Shown here: in pieces, positions 1 to 10,142 of the stretch
How positions within the stretch are numbered: the stretch's first letter is position 1
How the letters are laid out: every line of letters starts with the position of its first letter
From: an uncultured archaeon
GTDB lineage: Archaea; Thermoplasmatota; Thermoplasmata; Thermoplasmatales; Thermoplasmataceae
Direction of reading: 5' to 3'
Length of the DNA: 64,000 bases
Assembly (NCBI GenBank): GCA_000965745.1
Contig: CP009479.1
Coordinates: 736,001 to 800,000, forward strand
The notes under the pieces: generated by a model
The model's database searches: none
What the model was told of the DNA's origin: nothing
The model's input: only the letters and a program-made list of their open reading frames with translations
Translations under genes and position numbers: made by a program

Positions 1-521
1 CCCTGGAGTTTGCAGAAGGAGATTACGTGATATTGATGGACGCAGATGGATCGGTGAGCTTCAAAGACCTGATTGACCATTTTCCACTAATTTATGATCA
101 CGACTTGGTGAATTTTAACCGGTACCTGGATGTAAGTAACTCAATACCACCATATAGGCGTTTCTTCAGCAGAGCATTCAACTTTCTAGTCAAAGGTTTC
201 CTGGGAATCAAGATAATCGATACCCAGTGCGGGTACAAGATAGCAAGAAAGGACAGATTAGTGGGGCTGTTCAGGAAGGTAACCATATCAAACGCATTCT
301 TTGACGTCTTCGTCCACTACTATGCAAAGAGAGAAAACTACATCGTAAAGGAGGTGCCAATCCACTACACGCACGGCGAAGGGAGCACCTTCAACATTGC
401 TGCCCTGATTTTCAGTGGCCTAATCTCCCTGGTAGCCATAATGATAAGAAACTCACCACTCTGGAAATACATTCCGAAGAAGGTGGAAGAGCTTTACTAC
501 GAAAAATTCTCTGAATTCTGA
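1..521 (+). CDS. Family 2 glycosyltransferase (dolichol-phosphate glycosyltransferase-like), 5'-truncated by window edge
   Basis: MDADGS DxD motif, DTQCGYK motif, VKEVPI; frame is open to the window start. Confidence 0.85.
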   Translation, partial: LEFAEGDYVILMDADGSVSFKDLIDHFPLIYDHDLVNFNRYLDVSNSIPPYRRFFSRAFNFLVKGFLGIKIIDTQCGYKIARKDRLVGLFRKVTISNAFFDVFVHYYAKRENYIVKEVPIHYTHGEGSTFNIAALIFSGLISLVAIMIRNSPLWKYIPKKVEELYYEKFSEF

Positions 522-542
522 CCCTGTTCACGTTCAGCCACG

Positions 543-1958
543 TCAGGAATTTTTCTCAATAAGTGTGATATTATACTCATTGTCAACAATGTGATACCGT
601 CCACTGTTTAGCAGAGACTGGAACTCGGATTGGAAGTTGGATATGACGTTTCCGGAAATATGAACACCATCGAAGTAATAGTAGCTGTAAGGATCACTTA
701 AGGCATACTGGGGAAGATCGGTATGGTTGAGCTGATAAGGAAGGATCCAGTGGTATCCGTTGGTGAGCTGAGGCATATTCCCCTGTATAAGGACTGTTGA
801 ACCTTTTGGTATCAGGGAAATCATCTGGTTCAATGCATTATCCTGGTTCGTGACCGTAATCTGGTTGGGTGCGTTGTATCCATCATTGATGCCGGTAGCA
901 ATGTTGCCCAGTGGTGAGAGGAGTGATGCGAGCAGTATATTGATCAAAAGAATAGCCGCGGCGAGATGCTTTGCCTTCAATCTTCTGAAAGACGGGATCT
1001 TTTTGAATTTCCTCATCCCGTAGACCGCCGAAGTGAAAATTATGGGTGCAGTCAATGCAGGATACTGGTAAAACATGGGTGAGTAAAAGGGGTGGTAACT
1101 GTAACTGAAAACGAAGAGTACATACGGTATTATCAGGAGAAGAATTCGTATCTCCAGGAATGAAAGAAACAGCACAGGCAAAAGAAGCCAGAAGAAATAC
1201 TCTGCTTTCAGGGGCAAATCTGCCGATAGAGAGGAGAAAAACCCTGCAGAGAATGGCCTGTTCATCCAGTTATAAATGTATGCAGGACCGAAGTACAGTG
1301 CTATCAAGACCAATACTGCAAATGAAAATAAAAGCGCTACCAGAATATATCTTGTTATCAGAGGATCTCTTTTCCTCTTGGATGGATAGAGCATATAGCA
1401 GACTCCCATGAACAGCATAATAATTGGAACGAGGAGATCTGTCAGGGTCGCTAAGAACATGAAGAGCAGCAAATATCTTTTCCTTTCGTATACGAGAAAC
1501 ATTATTCCAAAGAGGAAGAAAGTCGGGAACAGGGCCATGTAGTGGAAGTCAAACCAGTAAACCCCCCCTAACGGGAAATATACAAGATACGCCAGCGACA
1601 TCGCAACGGACGCGAATTCGTCACCCAATACCTTCTTCCCGATCTTATAAAGAGGAAAAGCACCTATCGAGATCCAGAAACTCTGGAATACTAGGAGCGT
1701 TCTGGGATCAGGGTATAAGTTGTAGAAAGGTGCGATTAGGAGATAGATGAGCTTGTTTACAGCAAGATTGCCTGAAGAGAAATCCGGGTGGAACACACCG
1801 TATAGAAGGCTTGAATTCACCCCCAGGTCAAGCACATCAGCGTTGAATGCATCATACCTCATTACGGATATGAACGACCAGATGGAGGAAAGTGCCAGGA
1901 TAGCACAAAGGATGGTTAATGTGCCGCGTCTGTTATAGGCAACCTCCTTCCAACTCAT
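543..1958 (-). CDS. DUF2079-family polytopic membrane protein (GT-C-like)
   Basis: N-terminal DLGV motif, LLVFQS, FDFH motif, many TM segments; next to GT2. Confidence 0.7.
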   Translation of the reverse strand: MSWKEVAYNRRGTLTILCAILALSSIWSFISVMRYDAFNADVLDLGVNSSLLYGVFHPDFSSGNLAVNKLIYLLIAPFYNLYPDPRTLLVFQSFWISIGAFPLYKIGKKVLGDEFASVAMSLAYLVYFPLGGVYWFDFHYMALFPTFFLFGIMFLVYERKRYLLLFMFLATLTDLLVPIIMLFMGVCYMLYPSKRKRDPLITRYILVALLFSFAVLVLIALYFGPAYIYNWMNRPFSAGFFSSLSADLPLKAEYFFWLLLPVLFLSFLEIRILLLIIPYVLFVFSYSYHPFYSPMFYQYPALTAPIIFTSAVYGMRKFKKIPSFRRLKAKHLAAAILLINILLASLLSPLGNIATGINDGYNAPNQITVTNQDNALNQMISLIPKGSTVLIQGNMPQLTNGYHWILPYQLNHTDLPQYALSDPYSYYYFDGVHISGNVISNFQSEFQSLLNSGRYHIVDNEYNITLIEKNS

Positions 1959-2038
1959 CGGGAATCGTATAGAGGGGATGTATTAATTTATGTGCTGTCG
2001 AATAGGGTCATAAAATCTACAACATAGGTTCTAAATGC

Positions 2039-2959
2039 TCAGATATCCACTACCTTGTCCATCCCCTTAAAAGTAAAGTAGGCTGGTCTGGGGGTATAAT
2101 CACTTTTGAGGAGCCCAAAGGAATGGTCGAAGTCGGGTACCCAGTCCCTGAACTCGTACCAGAATATGTGTTGTATACCGAAAGAAGAGAGCATCGGATA
2201 TACTGCATTTATGTAGGCTACCGGGTCCAGGTCATACGGCATTCCGGTTTCAGTCACCCACATAGCCTCATTGCCGACAATTCTTTTAAGATGGGATATT
2301 GCAGACCGGTAACTCAGTTCAGTAATCTGGGCGTTTGAAATGGTTGAGTAAAGATGTATGGAAACAGCATCACAATAGTGCAGAATGCCCATTGAAACTA
2401 GTGCCTCCACCCATGCCTGGTCAAGAATATTGTTGTCAAGTATTCTTATGCCGCCAAATGCTATCACTTTCATAGAAGAATTAACAGATTTTATGATCTC
2501 ATAAGCTGACTTTACCATTTTATAATACAATGATGCCTTGAAGTTATTCTCCTTGCCCGATGGGATTGAAACCCTCGGCTCGTTGAGTATCTCCCATGCT
2601 GATACGTTTCCGTCATAATTTGTGGCGTATTTTTCCACGGTGCTGTTCCATTTGTCAAGTTGTTTTGGGCTTGTTACGTTCATCTCAATGATCCCGAGCA
2701 CTTTGATTCCAGCTGAACTCGCCATTGAAACAGATTTTCCGAATGTGGGCCAGGTATCCAGCCTTACCCAGGTGAAATTTGCATCAGAAATCATTACAAC
2801 ATCCTTGGCTGTTAGGTTGTGCACTGAAACTCCGGAGATGGCTTCGACTTTAGAGATATTAGGAGGTTCTGAATTGCTACTCAGTTCAGAGGAGATGAGA
2901 ATGACTAAGATAAAAATAATCAGTAAAGCTGATATCATGGTAGAATCTTCCATTCTCAT
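2039..2959 (-). CDS. Membrane-anchored/secreted clan GH-A glycoside hydrolase (GH5/GH39-like)
   Basis: N-terminal hydrophobic helix; WVRLD, WEILNEP (acid/base), WVTETG (nucleophile), C-terminal FGLL..D.TPRPAY. Confidence 0.8.
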   Translation of the reverse strand: MRMEDSTMISALLIIFILVILISSELSSNSEPPNISKVEAISGVSVHNLTAKDVVMISDANFTWVRLDTWPTFGKSVSMASSAGIKVLGIIEMNVTSPKQLDKWNSTVEKYATNYDGNVSAWEILNEPRVSIPSGKENNFKASLYYKMVKSAYEIIKSVNSSMKVIAFGGIRILDNNILDQAWVEALVSMGILHYCDAVSIHLYSTISNAQITELSYRSAISHLKRIVGNEAMWVTETGMPYDLDPVAYINAVYPMLSSFGIQHIFWYEFRDWVPDFDHSFGLLKSDYTPRPAYFTFKGMDKVVDI

Positions 2960-3338
2960 TATTGAATAAATCAGGCAATATTCTTAACCTGAGATTATTA
3001 AAAATAAGGTTTCTTAATCAATAGACGTTAGTGCGATCTTCCCCGTGATTTTGGATGTTTTTGCACATCTTCTACCTATGTTACTACTTCTCTCTTTTTC
3101 ATTTCAAACATCCTTTTGAATGATGAATCAATCAGCGACATCTTCCTGAAATCTCTATGTTTTTTAATTCCTCTGGTGAAAGATTATTTAACATTCGTTA
3201 AAGAGTAAAGAGGATTTCGAATAACATCCCCAATCACTGTAAATGCCGGATCATAATTCCTCAATTTTGTCGGTTTAGAATTCCCCAGGATCGCCGGTTT
3301 AAAATTCCCCATGTGTTTGATAGAGAACGTGGTGAATT

Positions 3339-4535
3339 TTGCTCGGCAGTGAGGGGTGGAGAATGATAAGGAACATGCTGGACAAAGGCTTCAGTATATC
3401 TGAGGTCTCAAGGCAACTGGGAATAGACAGAAAGACGGTGAGGAAGTATGCAAAGAGCGACGGTATTCCCACCACAAAGCCGCGCGTTGGAAGAAGTTCG
3501 AAGCTCGATCCTTACAGGGACAGTATCAGGGAGCTGGTGGACAGATATAACCTGTCCACAGTCAGGATACTCGAGGAGATCCGCAAGCAGGGATACGACG
3601 GAGGAAGGACAATCCTCGGAGATTACTGTTACACACTCCGCAAGGATCGAAGGGTACAGGCTGTGTACCGTTACGAGACAGATCCTGGAAAACAATCACA
3701 AGTGGACTTCGGAGAGTTCGGGCACATCGAGATCGATGCAAAGAGGAAGAAGCTGTACGCATTCAGCATCATCCTGGGATACTCAAGGATGCGCTATGCC
3801 GAGTTCACCACCGATATATCCACGGAGAATGTCATTAAAATGCACATGAATGCCTTCCGCTTCTTTGGAGGATACACTGACACCATCCTCTTCGATAACA
3901 TGAAACAAGTGGTCCTCGAGAGGAGGATAAAGGCCTCCGAATCCGTCTTCAACATGAAGTTCAGGGATTTCTCGGAATACTATGGATTCATCGTGCGGCT
4001 GTGCTTCCCCTATCGTGCCCAGACCAAGGGAAAGATCGAAAACACGATCAAGTATCTGAGATACAATTTCTGGGCCGGTAGAACATTCACATCCCTTGAT
4101 GACATGAATGCACAGTGCCTGCAGTGGCTTAAACGAGTGAATTCCCAGATACATGGCACAACGCACCAGATTCCAATGGACCTCCTTGCAATGGAGAAGC
4201 TAAACCCTGTAGATCGTGCACCGGAATACTTCACCCGCAAAGAAGAAACACGCAAGGTATCCAGGGACTGCTATGTCTCATGGAACGGCAATCGATACAG
4301 CGTGCCCTGGATCTATGCAGGAAGGGAGGCACTGGTGACGGAGGAATCGACCCTGAGGATCCAGGTTGATTCCCATGTCATAGCGGAGCATGACATCCTT
4401 CCTGGATCGGGAAGGATATCCAGAAAGAAGGAACACTTCGAAGGCCTTCTCAAGGCCATAAGGTCTGAGAACCTCACAGCCTTCGAAACGCTTGTGGAGA
4501 AACGCGATCTGTCAAGGTATGAGGAGGTGTCATGA
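3339..4535 (+). CDS. istA: IS21 transposase IstA
   Basis: N-terminal HTH (GIDRKTVRKY), QVDFG, DNMK, TKGKIE DDE motifs, NRYSVP C-terminal domain; GGTGA SD before TTG. Confidence 0.95.
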   Translation: MLGSEGWRMIRNMLDKGFSISEVSRQLGIDRKTVRKYAKSDGIPTTKPRVGRSSKLDPYRDSIRELVDRYNLSTVRILEEIRKQGYDGGRTILGDYCYTLRKDRRVQAVYRYETDPGKQSQVDFGEFGHIEIDAKRKKLYAFSIILGYSRMRYAEFTTDISTENVIKMHMNAFRFFGGYTDTILFDNMKQVVLERRIKASESVFNMKFRDFSEYYGFIVRLCFPYRAQTKGKIENTIKYLRYNFWAGRTFTSLDDMNAQCLQWLKRVNSQIHGTTHQIPMDLLAMEKLNPVDRAPEYFTRKEETRKVSRDCYVSWNGNRYSVPWIYAGREALVTEESTLRIQVDSHVIAEHDILPGSGRISRKKEHFEGLLKAIRSENLTAFETLVEKRDLSRYEEVS

Positions 4536-5293
4536 TGGACTCATACGAAAGAGTTCATGAGCACCTTGCCAGCCTAGGTCTTGACGTCATGGAAAAGACC
4601 ATTGACAACTACCTGGAAAATGCGCATGATAAGAGTGTCCTGGAAGTACTTGACCACCTGCTTTCCGAAGAGGTCAGGAGCAAGCGATCAAAGAGATATG
4701 ATACCAAGCTGAAGTACGCCGGATTCCCGTTCAGAAAAACCATGGATGAATTCGATCTCTCCTTTCAGCCGTCCATAGACAAATCAGTGATCAATGACCT
4801 GATGACCCTGAGGTTCATACACAACAGGGAGAACCTTGTCTTCCTGGGTCCTCCGGGTGTCGGGAAGACCCACCTCTCTGTTGCAATAGGAATGCACGCG
4901 CTGCAATCGGATATTTCTGTGTACTATGTGTCAGCGGTGAAGCTTGTCCAGGCACTGAGGAAGGAATTCATGAAAGACAGCCTGAACACACTGCTCAGGA
5001 AATACGCAAGGTATCCTCTCATGATCATTGATGAGATAGGATACCTCCCGTTGAACAGGGAGGAATCAAATCTCCTGTTCCAGCTGGTATCGTACAGGTA
5101 TGAGAAATGTTCCACCATATTCACCTCGAACAAGTCTTTCTCGGAGTGGGGTGAAGTTCTCGGTGATCAGGTAATGGCATCCGCTGTTCTCGATCGAGTA
5201 TTGCACCACAGCATCGTGGTGAACATAAGAGGAGATTCATACAGGCTTAAGGACCGGAGGAAGGGCAACCCTCCTCCATACAAAAAGGTGTGA
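4532..5293 (+). CDS. istB: IS21 helper AAA+ ATPase IstB
   Basis: GPPGVGKT Walker A, IIDEIGY Walker B, TSN, LDRVLHH, GDSYR. Confidence 0.95.
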   Translation: MMDSYERVHEHLASLGLDVMEKTIDNYLENAHDKSVLEVLDHLLSEEVRSKRSKRYDTKLKYAGFPFRKTMDEFDLSFQPSIDKSVINDLMTLRFIHNRENLVFLGPPGVGKTHLSVAIGMHALQSDISVYYVSAVKLVQALRKEFMKDSLNTLLRKYARYPLMIIDEIGYLPLNREESNLLFQLVSYRYEKCSTIFTSNKSFSEWGEVLGDQVMASAVLDRVLHHSIVVNIRGDSYRLKDRRKGNPPPYKKV

Positions 5294-5372
5294 AAGAAAA
5301 TGAGTGAAATTATAAATATGGGTGGGGAATTTTATTCCGTCATTATTGGTGAAAAATCAACCGGCATTTACA

Positions 5373-5871
5373 AGTACAGGGAAGAGCAGCTCCTCGTCAT
5401 AGAGGATGATGCTTCCAGATACATCGTCGGTTTCGGATCATTCGAATCTGCAACAACGGAGAACAGCCTCATTGTTCTCATGAAGGCAACAGAAGAGCAC
5501 GAAAAACCCAGGGAAGTCATGACAGATCATGGTACACAGTTCTTCTCAAACGGGAAGAACGGCGAGCCCGGAGGTCCAAATGAGTTCCAGAGATTCCTTG
5601 AATCAGAGGGAATAAGGCACATCCTCGCAAGGGTGAAGCATCCCCAGACAAACGGCAAGCTGGAGAGGTTCAACGGTACACTGAAGGGATTGAGGAAGCA
5701 CTTCGGCACCTGGGAGGAAGTTGTGTACTATTACAACAACGAGAGGAGGCACATGTCCCTGAGCGATAAGGAAAGGCCAGTAGTAACACCTGCAATGGCA
5801 TATCAGGAGAAGATGAACAATGGCAAGGAAGAAGAGGCAGTATAAAAAGAAACAATACTCAGGATATCACA
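5373..5871 (+). pseudogene. 5'-truncated IS481-like (rve integrase core) transposase with its right end
   Basis: EDDASRYI, TDHGTQF, HPQTNGKLERF, YYNNERRH; N-terminal HTH and first catalytic Asp absent, cut at the IS21 right end; probable terminal repeat ending GGATATCACA at 5871. Confidence 0.8.
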
Positions 5872-6075
5872 AATATATGTAGACAAAGAATCGGTATTAC
5901 AAAACTATAATGTGGAGAAATTACATACAAAATAGATATAATTCCATTATAGTTTAAATGGCGCTAATTGCTGGAATGAAGTTTTCGTAAAACGAACAAA
6001 TTAGACATTTTTATTGGCTTTAAATGATAACTAACTTAAACAGCAAAGATATTAACTCGAAACTTGAGAGATTAA

Positions 6076-7602
6076 ATGAATGAATCGTCTACACAGAAAT
6101 CCATTGGTTTCGATGCACTATATCAATATGCGGGAGTAAGCGTTCAGGTCATTTCTGGAGCGGTCTTCTACTTAGCCTTGACAAGGTTGTTTACTACTTC
6201 TCAAGTAGGGGCCATCGCACTATTTGTTGCGATCAATGGACTGTTTAATATAGTCTTCCAATTGGGCCTTGGAAGAGGGGCACAACACTTTATCTCCTAC
6301 TATATCGGTAGGCATGATTTACGTTCAGCAAAAAAGGTATTGTTAAAGATAGTATCATACGGATTCATTTTTTCGATTTTAAGCTATATTGCAATTTACT
6401 TATTATCTGGAGACATCTCGCTTCTGTTGCTAAAGGATGAACGCATTCATCTTGCAATTCTCCGTCTTTTAGGCATTGTGGTTTTTGGAAATGTTTTGTT
6501 CGGAGTCCTGAACTCTTCACTACTAGGACTTCAAAAATTCAAATTATCAGCAATTATCAATATAATCGTGTGGACCTGTTACTATCTCATAGCTTTTGTT
6601 TTTGCATTTATTGGAGGATCTCTACTCTATATTATATTGGGGTGGGTTGTTGGAATTCTGGCCGGGGTAGCTATCGAATTTGCATCAATAATAAAAATTA
6701 TTTCTTCCTACGCAGGTGGTGGAAATTCCACTCCGAGTCGTGTTATTTTCTATTATTCTATTCCTGTGTTTCTGTTTTCTATCACGAGTTTTGGTGCCTC
6801 TTACGCTGATCGCTTCATTGTGGCTGGGTTTATGGCATTATCCCAACTTGGCATCTATAACATTGCACTCCTCATTTCAAGCTCGATAAATTTTATCATA
6901 ACGCCTTTTGGAAATATACTTCTTCCAAAATTTTCTGAACTTTATGGATTGGGAAAAAAGGACGCTATTAGAAACAATTTTCGGGTAGCTTCTCTTCTTC
7001 TTTCCTATGTATTTGTCCCTGCCGCTCTTGGGGTGATTTCTATTTCTGGACCTTTGATATCCACTCTAGCGGGAGTTCGGTATGTTGGCGCTATGTGGCC
7101 CCTTGACATCATCATGTTTTCGGCTGCTTTATTTGTAGTTTTCAACATATCCATACAGGCGCTCGCATCGATTCGAAAAACTAGGGTATTAATTTTTACA
7201 AGTTCCTCATCATTCACGATAAACGTTTCCTTATCGCTACTACTGATTCCGTCATTTGGAACAATCGGAGCAGCAGTTGGTTACATTTCAGTATATGTGA
7301 CGAATTTCTTCACGTTGTTTTATTTTGCACATAAGTATGAGGTCTCTTCTATAGACTTTAAAGGATTGACTAAGATATGGATATCCTCTCTTGCTATGTT
7401 CTTTTTTCTCAAAGGGGTAACCTTATTAGCCCCATATCCTCCTTACCTAATCCCAATTTATATACTAGGAGGATTAATTATTTATATTCTTTTAGGAAGC
7501 ATAATGAAGATTTTTGTAGACCAGGATAAAGAGTTAGTTATTTCCCTATTCCCGATCAGAAATTCGAGAATAAGGAGTTTCTTGACTTTACTTTTGAGAT
7601 AA
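6076..7602 (+). CDS. Wzx/RfbX-like oligosaccharide flippase (MOP superfamily)
   Basis: ~12-14 TM helices; ADRFIV..LGIYNIA, LLPKFSEL, LIPSFGTIGAAVG; visibly AT-rich. Confidence 0.85.
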   Translation: MNESSTQKSIGFDALYQYAGVSVQVISGAVFYLALTRLFTTSQVGAIALFVAINGLFNIVFQLGLGRGAQHFISYYIGRHDLRSAKKVLLKIVSYGFIFSILSYIAIYLLSGDISLLLLKDERIHLAILRLLGIVVFGNVLFGVLNSSLLGLQKFKLSAIINIIVWTCYYLIAFVFAFIGGSLLYIILGWVVGILAGVAIEFASIIKIISSYAGGGNSTPSRVIFYYSIPVFLFSITSFGASYADRFIVAGFMALSQLGIYNIALLISSSINFIITPFGNILLPKFSELYGLGKKDAIRNNFRVASLLLSYVFVPAALGVISISGPLISTLAGVRYVGAMWPLDIIMFSAALFVVFNISIQALASIRKTRVLIFTSSSSFTINVSLSLLLIPSFGTIGAAVGYISVYVTNFFTLFYFAHKYEVSSIDFKGLTKIWISSLAMFFFLKGVTLLAPYPPYLIPIYILGGLIIYILLGSIMKIFVDQDKELVISLFPIRNSRIRSFLTLLLR

Positions 7603-7667
7603 CATCACTCTTTGTTTATTCTGATTTCTTTATCATAGTGGATGAATCTAGGAGACTTGACCGAAAA

Positions 7668-8886
7668 CTAGATTATCGTTCGCTTAATAATTAGTCTATT
7701 ATTATATACCATCTTTTCATATCTTATGGATATAAATGGTGTTCAGGAGGAATTTTCCGAAACCGAAGTTCACTGAAGAACAGCTTGCAGATCTTGGAAA
7801 GATAAGGAATTCAAGGAGCGAGGAAAGAAGGCGTGTAATCAGGGCAGGAATAATTCTTGACTACATCGCTGATCTCAGCGACGAAGTCATAGCAAGGAAG
7901 AACCATGTAAATAAGAACACCGTAAAGAACACCCTCTCCAAGTTAAGAGAATTCGGCGTTGATTCTGCTCTTGCTGATCTTCCAAGGCCAGGAAAGCCAC
8001 GCAGGATCACCGACGACGATAAGGCATGGATCCTGAATCTTGCCTGCACAAAACCATCGGAACATGGATATCCCAATGAACTCTGGACATATTCCCTGCT
8101 CACATCCCATGCAAGGATGAGCAGGCCATCATTGAGAGACGTGAGCCGTTCCACAATTCACGATATACTGACACTTGCAGCGATCAGGCCGCACAAGATC
8201 CGGTATTACGTAGAGAACAGGGATGAGGATTTCGAGAACAAGATGGCAACCATTCTTCATGTTTACAAGGAGGTCGAAATTATCAACTCCGGATCTGCAG
8301 AGGATGACCTGAAGGATACCATAACAATATCATTCGACGAGAAGCCTGGAATACAGGCACTGTCACTGAAATCTGAGGAGCTTCCTCCTGTTCCCGGAAA
8401 ATACCCATCTGTAACGAGGGATTATGAATACAGGAGACTGGGCACGTTATCACTTCTTGCAGGATTGAATCTTCACAGTGGAAAGGTTACGGAGATTACC
8501 TCCAGAACACACAATAGCGACGACTTCATAAGATTCCTGAAGAAGCTTGATTCCTCATATCCAAAAGAGATAACCCTGAGGCTGATCCTGGACAACCTCA
8601 GGGTTCACACATCAGAGAAGACAAGGAAGTATCTCGCAACCGTTCCGAACAGGTTCGTGTTTGTGTTCACCCCCAAACATGGATCATGGCTCAACATCGT
8701 TGAAACGCTGTTCAGCAAGATCACAAGGACACTCCTGAAAGAGATAAGAGTGAAGAGATTTGAAGAGCTCAAAGAACGCATAGACCAGTATTTCGATGAG
8801 CTGAACAGGTCACCAGTCATATTCAGGTGGACCTACAAAATGGATGAAACTGTAATAGCATAGAAATTAAGAGAACGCTCATCTAG
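7668..8886 (+). mobile_element. IS630-family insertion sequence, complete
   Basis: Imperfect terminal inverted repeats CTAGATTATCGTTCGCTTAAT (7668) / ATTAAGAGAACGCTCATCTAG (ends 8886); CTAG at both ends, typical of IS630 TA/CTAG targets. Confidence 0.9.
7736..8863 (+). CDS. IS630 transposase, single ORF
   Basis: DLPRPGKP HTH linker, WTYSLL, DDE triad in SFDEKPG / ILDNL / SWLNIVE. Confidence 0.93.
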   Translation: MVFRRNFPKPKFTEEQLADLGKIRNSRSEERRRVIRAGIILDYIADLSDEVIARKNHVNKNTVKNTLSKLREFGVDSALADLPRPGKPRRITDDDKAWILNLACTKPSEHGYPNELWTYSLLTSHARMSRPSLRDVSRSTIHDILTLAAIRPHKIRYYVENRDEDFENKMATILHVYKEVEIINSGSAEDDLKDTITISFDEKPGIQALSLKSEELPPVPGKYPSVTRDYEYRRLGTLSLLAGLNLHSGKVTEITSRTHNSDDFIRFLKKLDSSYPKEITLRLILDNLRVHTSEKTRKYLATVPNRFVFVFTPKHGSWLNIVETLFSKITRTLLKEIRVKRFEELKERIDQYFDELNRSPVIFRWTYKMDETVIA

Positions 8887-9596
8887 TAGTCTATGCCGAC
8901 CCATCCAGACCAAGAAAGGAATGCAAGTAGGGGTGGTTGCTCAGTATTGATATCATAAGATTCTGTATTTCTATCCTTAAATTGATTTGTTTGTCGATGG
9001 GGGCGCATTGGTCCGTTGTTCTGGATGGGGTCGACTGCGGCAGCAATTACACTTTGAATTTGTCTCAATATGATAAGGGAATTGCCTCTCCTGCCTTTTT
9101 ATTTACTATGGGTCGAAGTTCAAGAGCTTCCTCAAATGTACTCGCAAGGAGAAATTTATTTGCCAACGCTTTGTAATTCACAAATGTTCCTGCATATCCA
9201 AGTACTCTCCTTGCATCAGCTATCATTTCCAACTTCTCTTCGGTCCACAAACTAAGAGTTCATTTCCTTAAATAGTTCATGAAACGGCTCTTCACATTTG
9301 TATGTGGAAGATTATATATGTCAGTAAAAGAGGCATTCCTTCCAGTTTTGGACATCAACCTTGTAAGTTTCATCTACTTTTCAACAATATTTTCATGAAG
9401 TTGTACCCTCAATAATTATAGTGTAGACGCATTATCTATTGTTAATGGCTTACAAAACTTGCGCAATATGCGGGAGAAAAGTTTATCCAGGAACCGGTAT
9501 GTTTTACGGTGGTAGGTTAATACATAGAACTTGTAAGGGCGTAGCCATAATCCAACGATTCAAACTTAACAGAAGATGACACAATGTAGGATAGAA

Positions 9597-10142
9597 TCAA
9601 CGCAATAATTCAAATCCCAAACTGGTGTCTGAGTAAACGTCGCAACCGCATGTTTTGATTCTTGCTTCATCTATACCTCGTCGGGCTAGAAACCTAAACT
9701 CGGTCTTAATTCTAGTAAACAGAGAACCAGCATAACCCAAAGCTTCCATTGCTGGTTCTCCGATCAATAGAATGAAGGTAACCTTCACATTGCCTGTCCT
9801 CAATCTGAGATTGGGAAATAGTCTGATGATCTCATTCTCTAGTAACCAAAGGGAACCTTCAGCCTTGTTTTTCACGGTTTCAGGTGAAATGACATTGGCT
9901 ACAAAGTCTGGGTTAGGGTTATTGACATCTCTCAGCTCTATCAAATAAACTTCCGTATTGACGCCGTTTCTACCAATAAAAACCAAATCGCAATGCATAT
10001 TCCCATTGTAGTTCAGCACTTCTGCGTTCAGTACGGCACTTGTTTCAATTTCAGGTAATTTAACTGCGCAAGTTTCCCTCGTGTCATAGTAGTATATCGA
10101 ATCATCATTTCTATAGGTCTTTAGTTTCGGCATTGTTATCAC
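9597..10142 (-). CDS. Hypothetical protein with PD-(D/E)xK-like motif, partner of the adjacent ATPase
   Basis: HCDLVFIG...VYLIELRD resembles the CD..IELK nuclease motif; overlaps the ATPase 3' end. Confidence 0.55.
   Translation of the reverse strand: MITMPKLKTYRNDDSIYYYDTRETCAVKLPEIETSAVLNAEVLNYNGNMHCDLVFIGRNGVNTEVYLIELRDVNNPNPDFVANVISPETVKNKAEGSLWLLENEIIRLFPNLRLRTGNVKVTFILLIGEPAMEALGYAGSLFTRIKTEFRFLARRGIDEARIKTCGCDVYSDTSLGFELLR

Larger units (their letters stand above)
3238..5372 (+). mobile_element. IS21-family insertion sequence, complete (2135 bp)
   Basis: Ends TGTAAATGCCGG... (3238) and ...CCGGCATTTACA (5372); reiterated ~18-bp subterminal repeats of type CCGGTTTAAAATTCCCCA; istA-istB overlapping at ATGA. 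Confidence 0.95.

Noticed and set aside
399-414. GCTGCCCTGATTTTCA as a possible second att site of the tRNA-Pro element
   Set aside because: Short and mismatched, inside an intact glycosyltransferase gene; consistent with chance.
3120-3149. ATGATGA...CTGA as a second C/D sRNA
   Set aside because: No C'/D pair with correct spacing and no terminal stem.
3245-3311. Three ~18-bp direct repeats resembling a mini-CRISPR or iterons
   Set aside because: Spacing is only a few nt, and they recur inverted at the IS21 right end; they are IstA-binding subterminal repeats. No CRISPR array or cas gene was seen in the window.
5300-5372. Start of the 181-aa ORF as the native transposase N-terminus
   Set aside because: This stretch is the IS21 right end; the ORF is a fusion lacking the HTH and first catalytic Asp.
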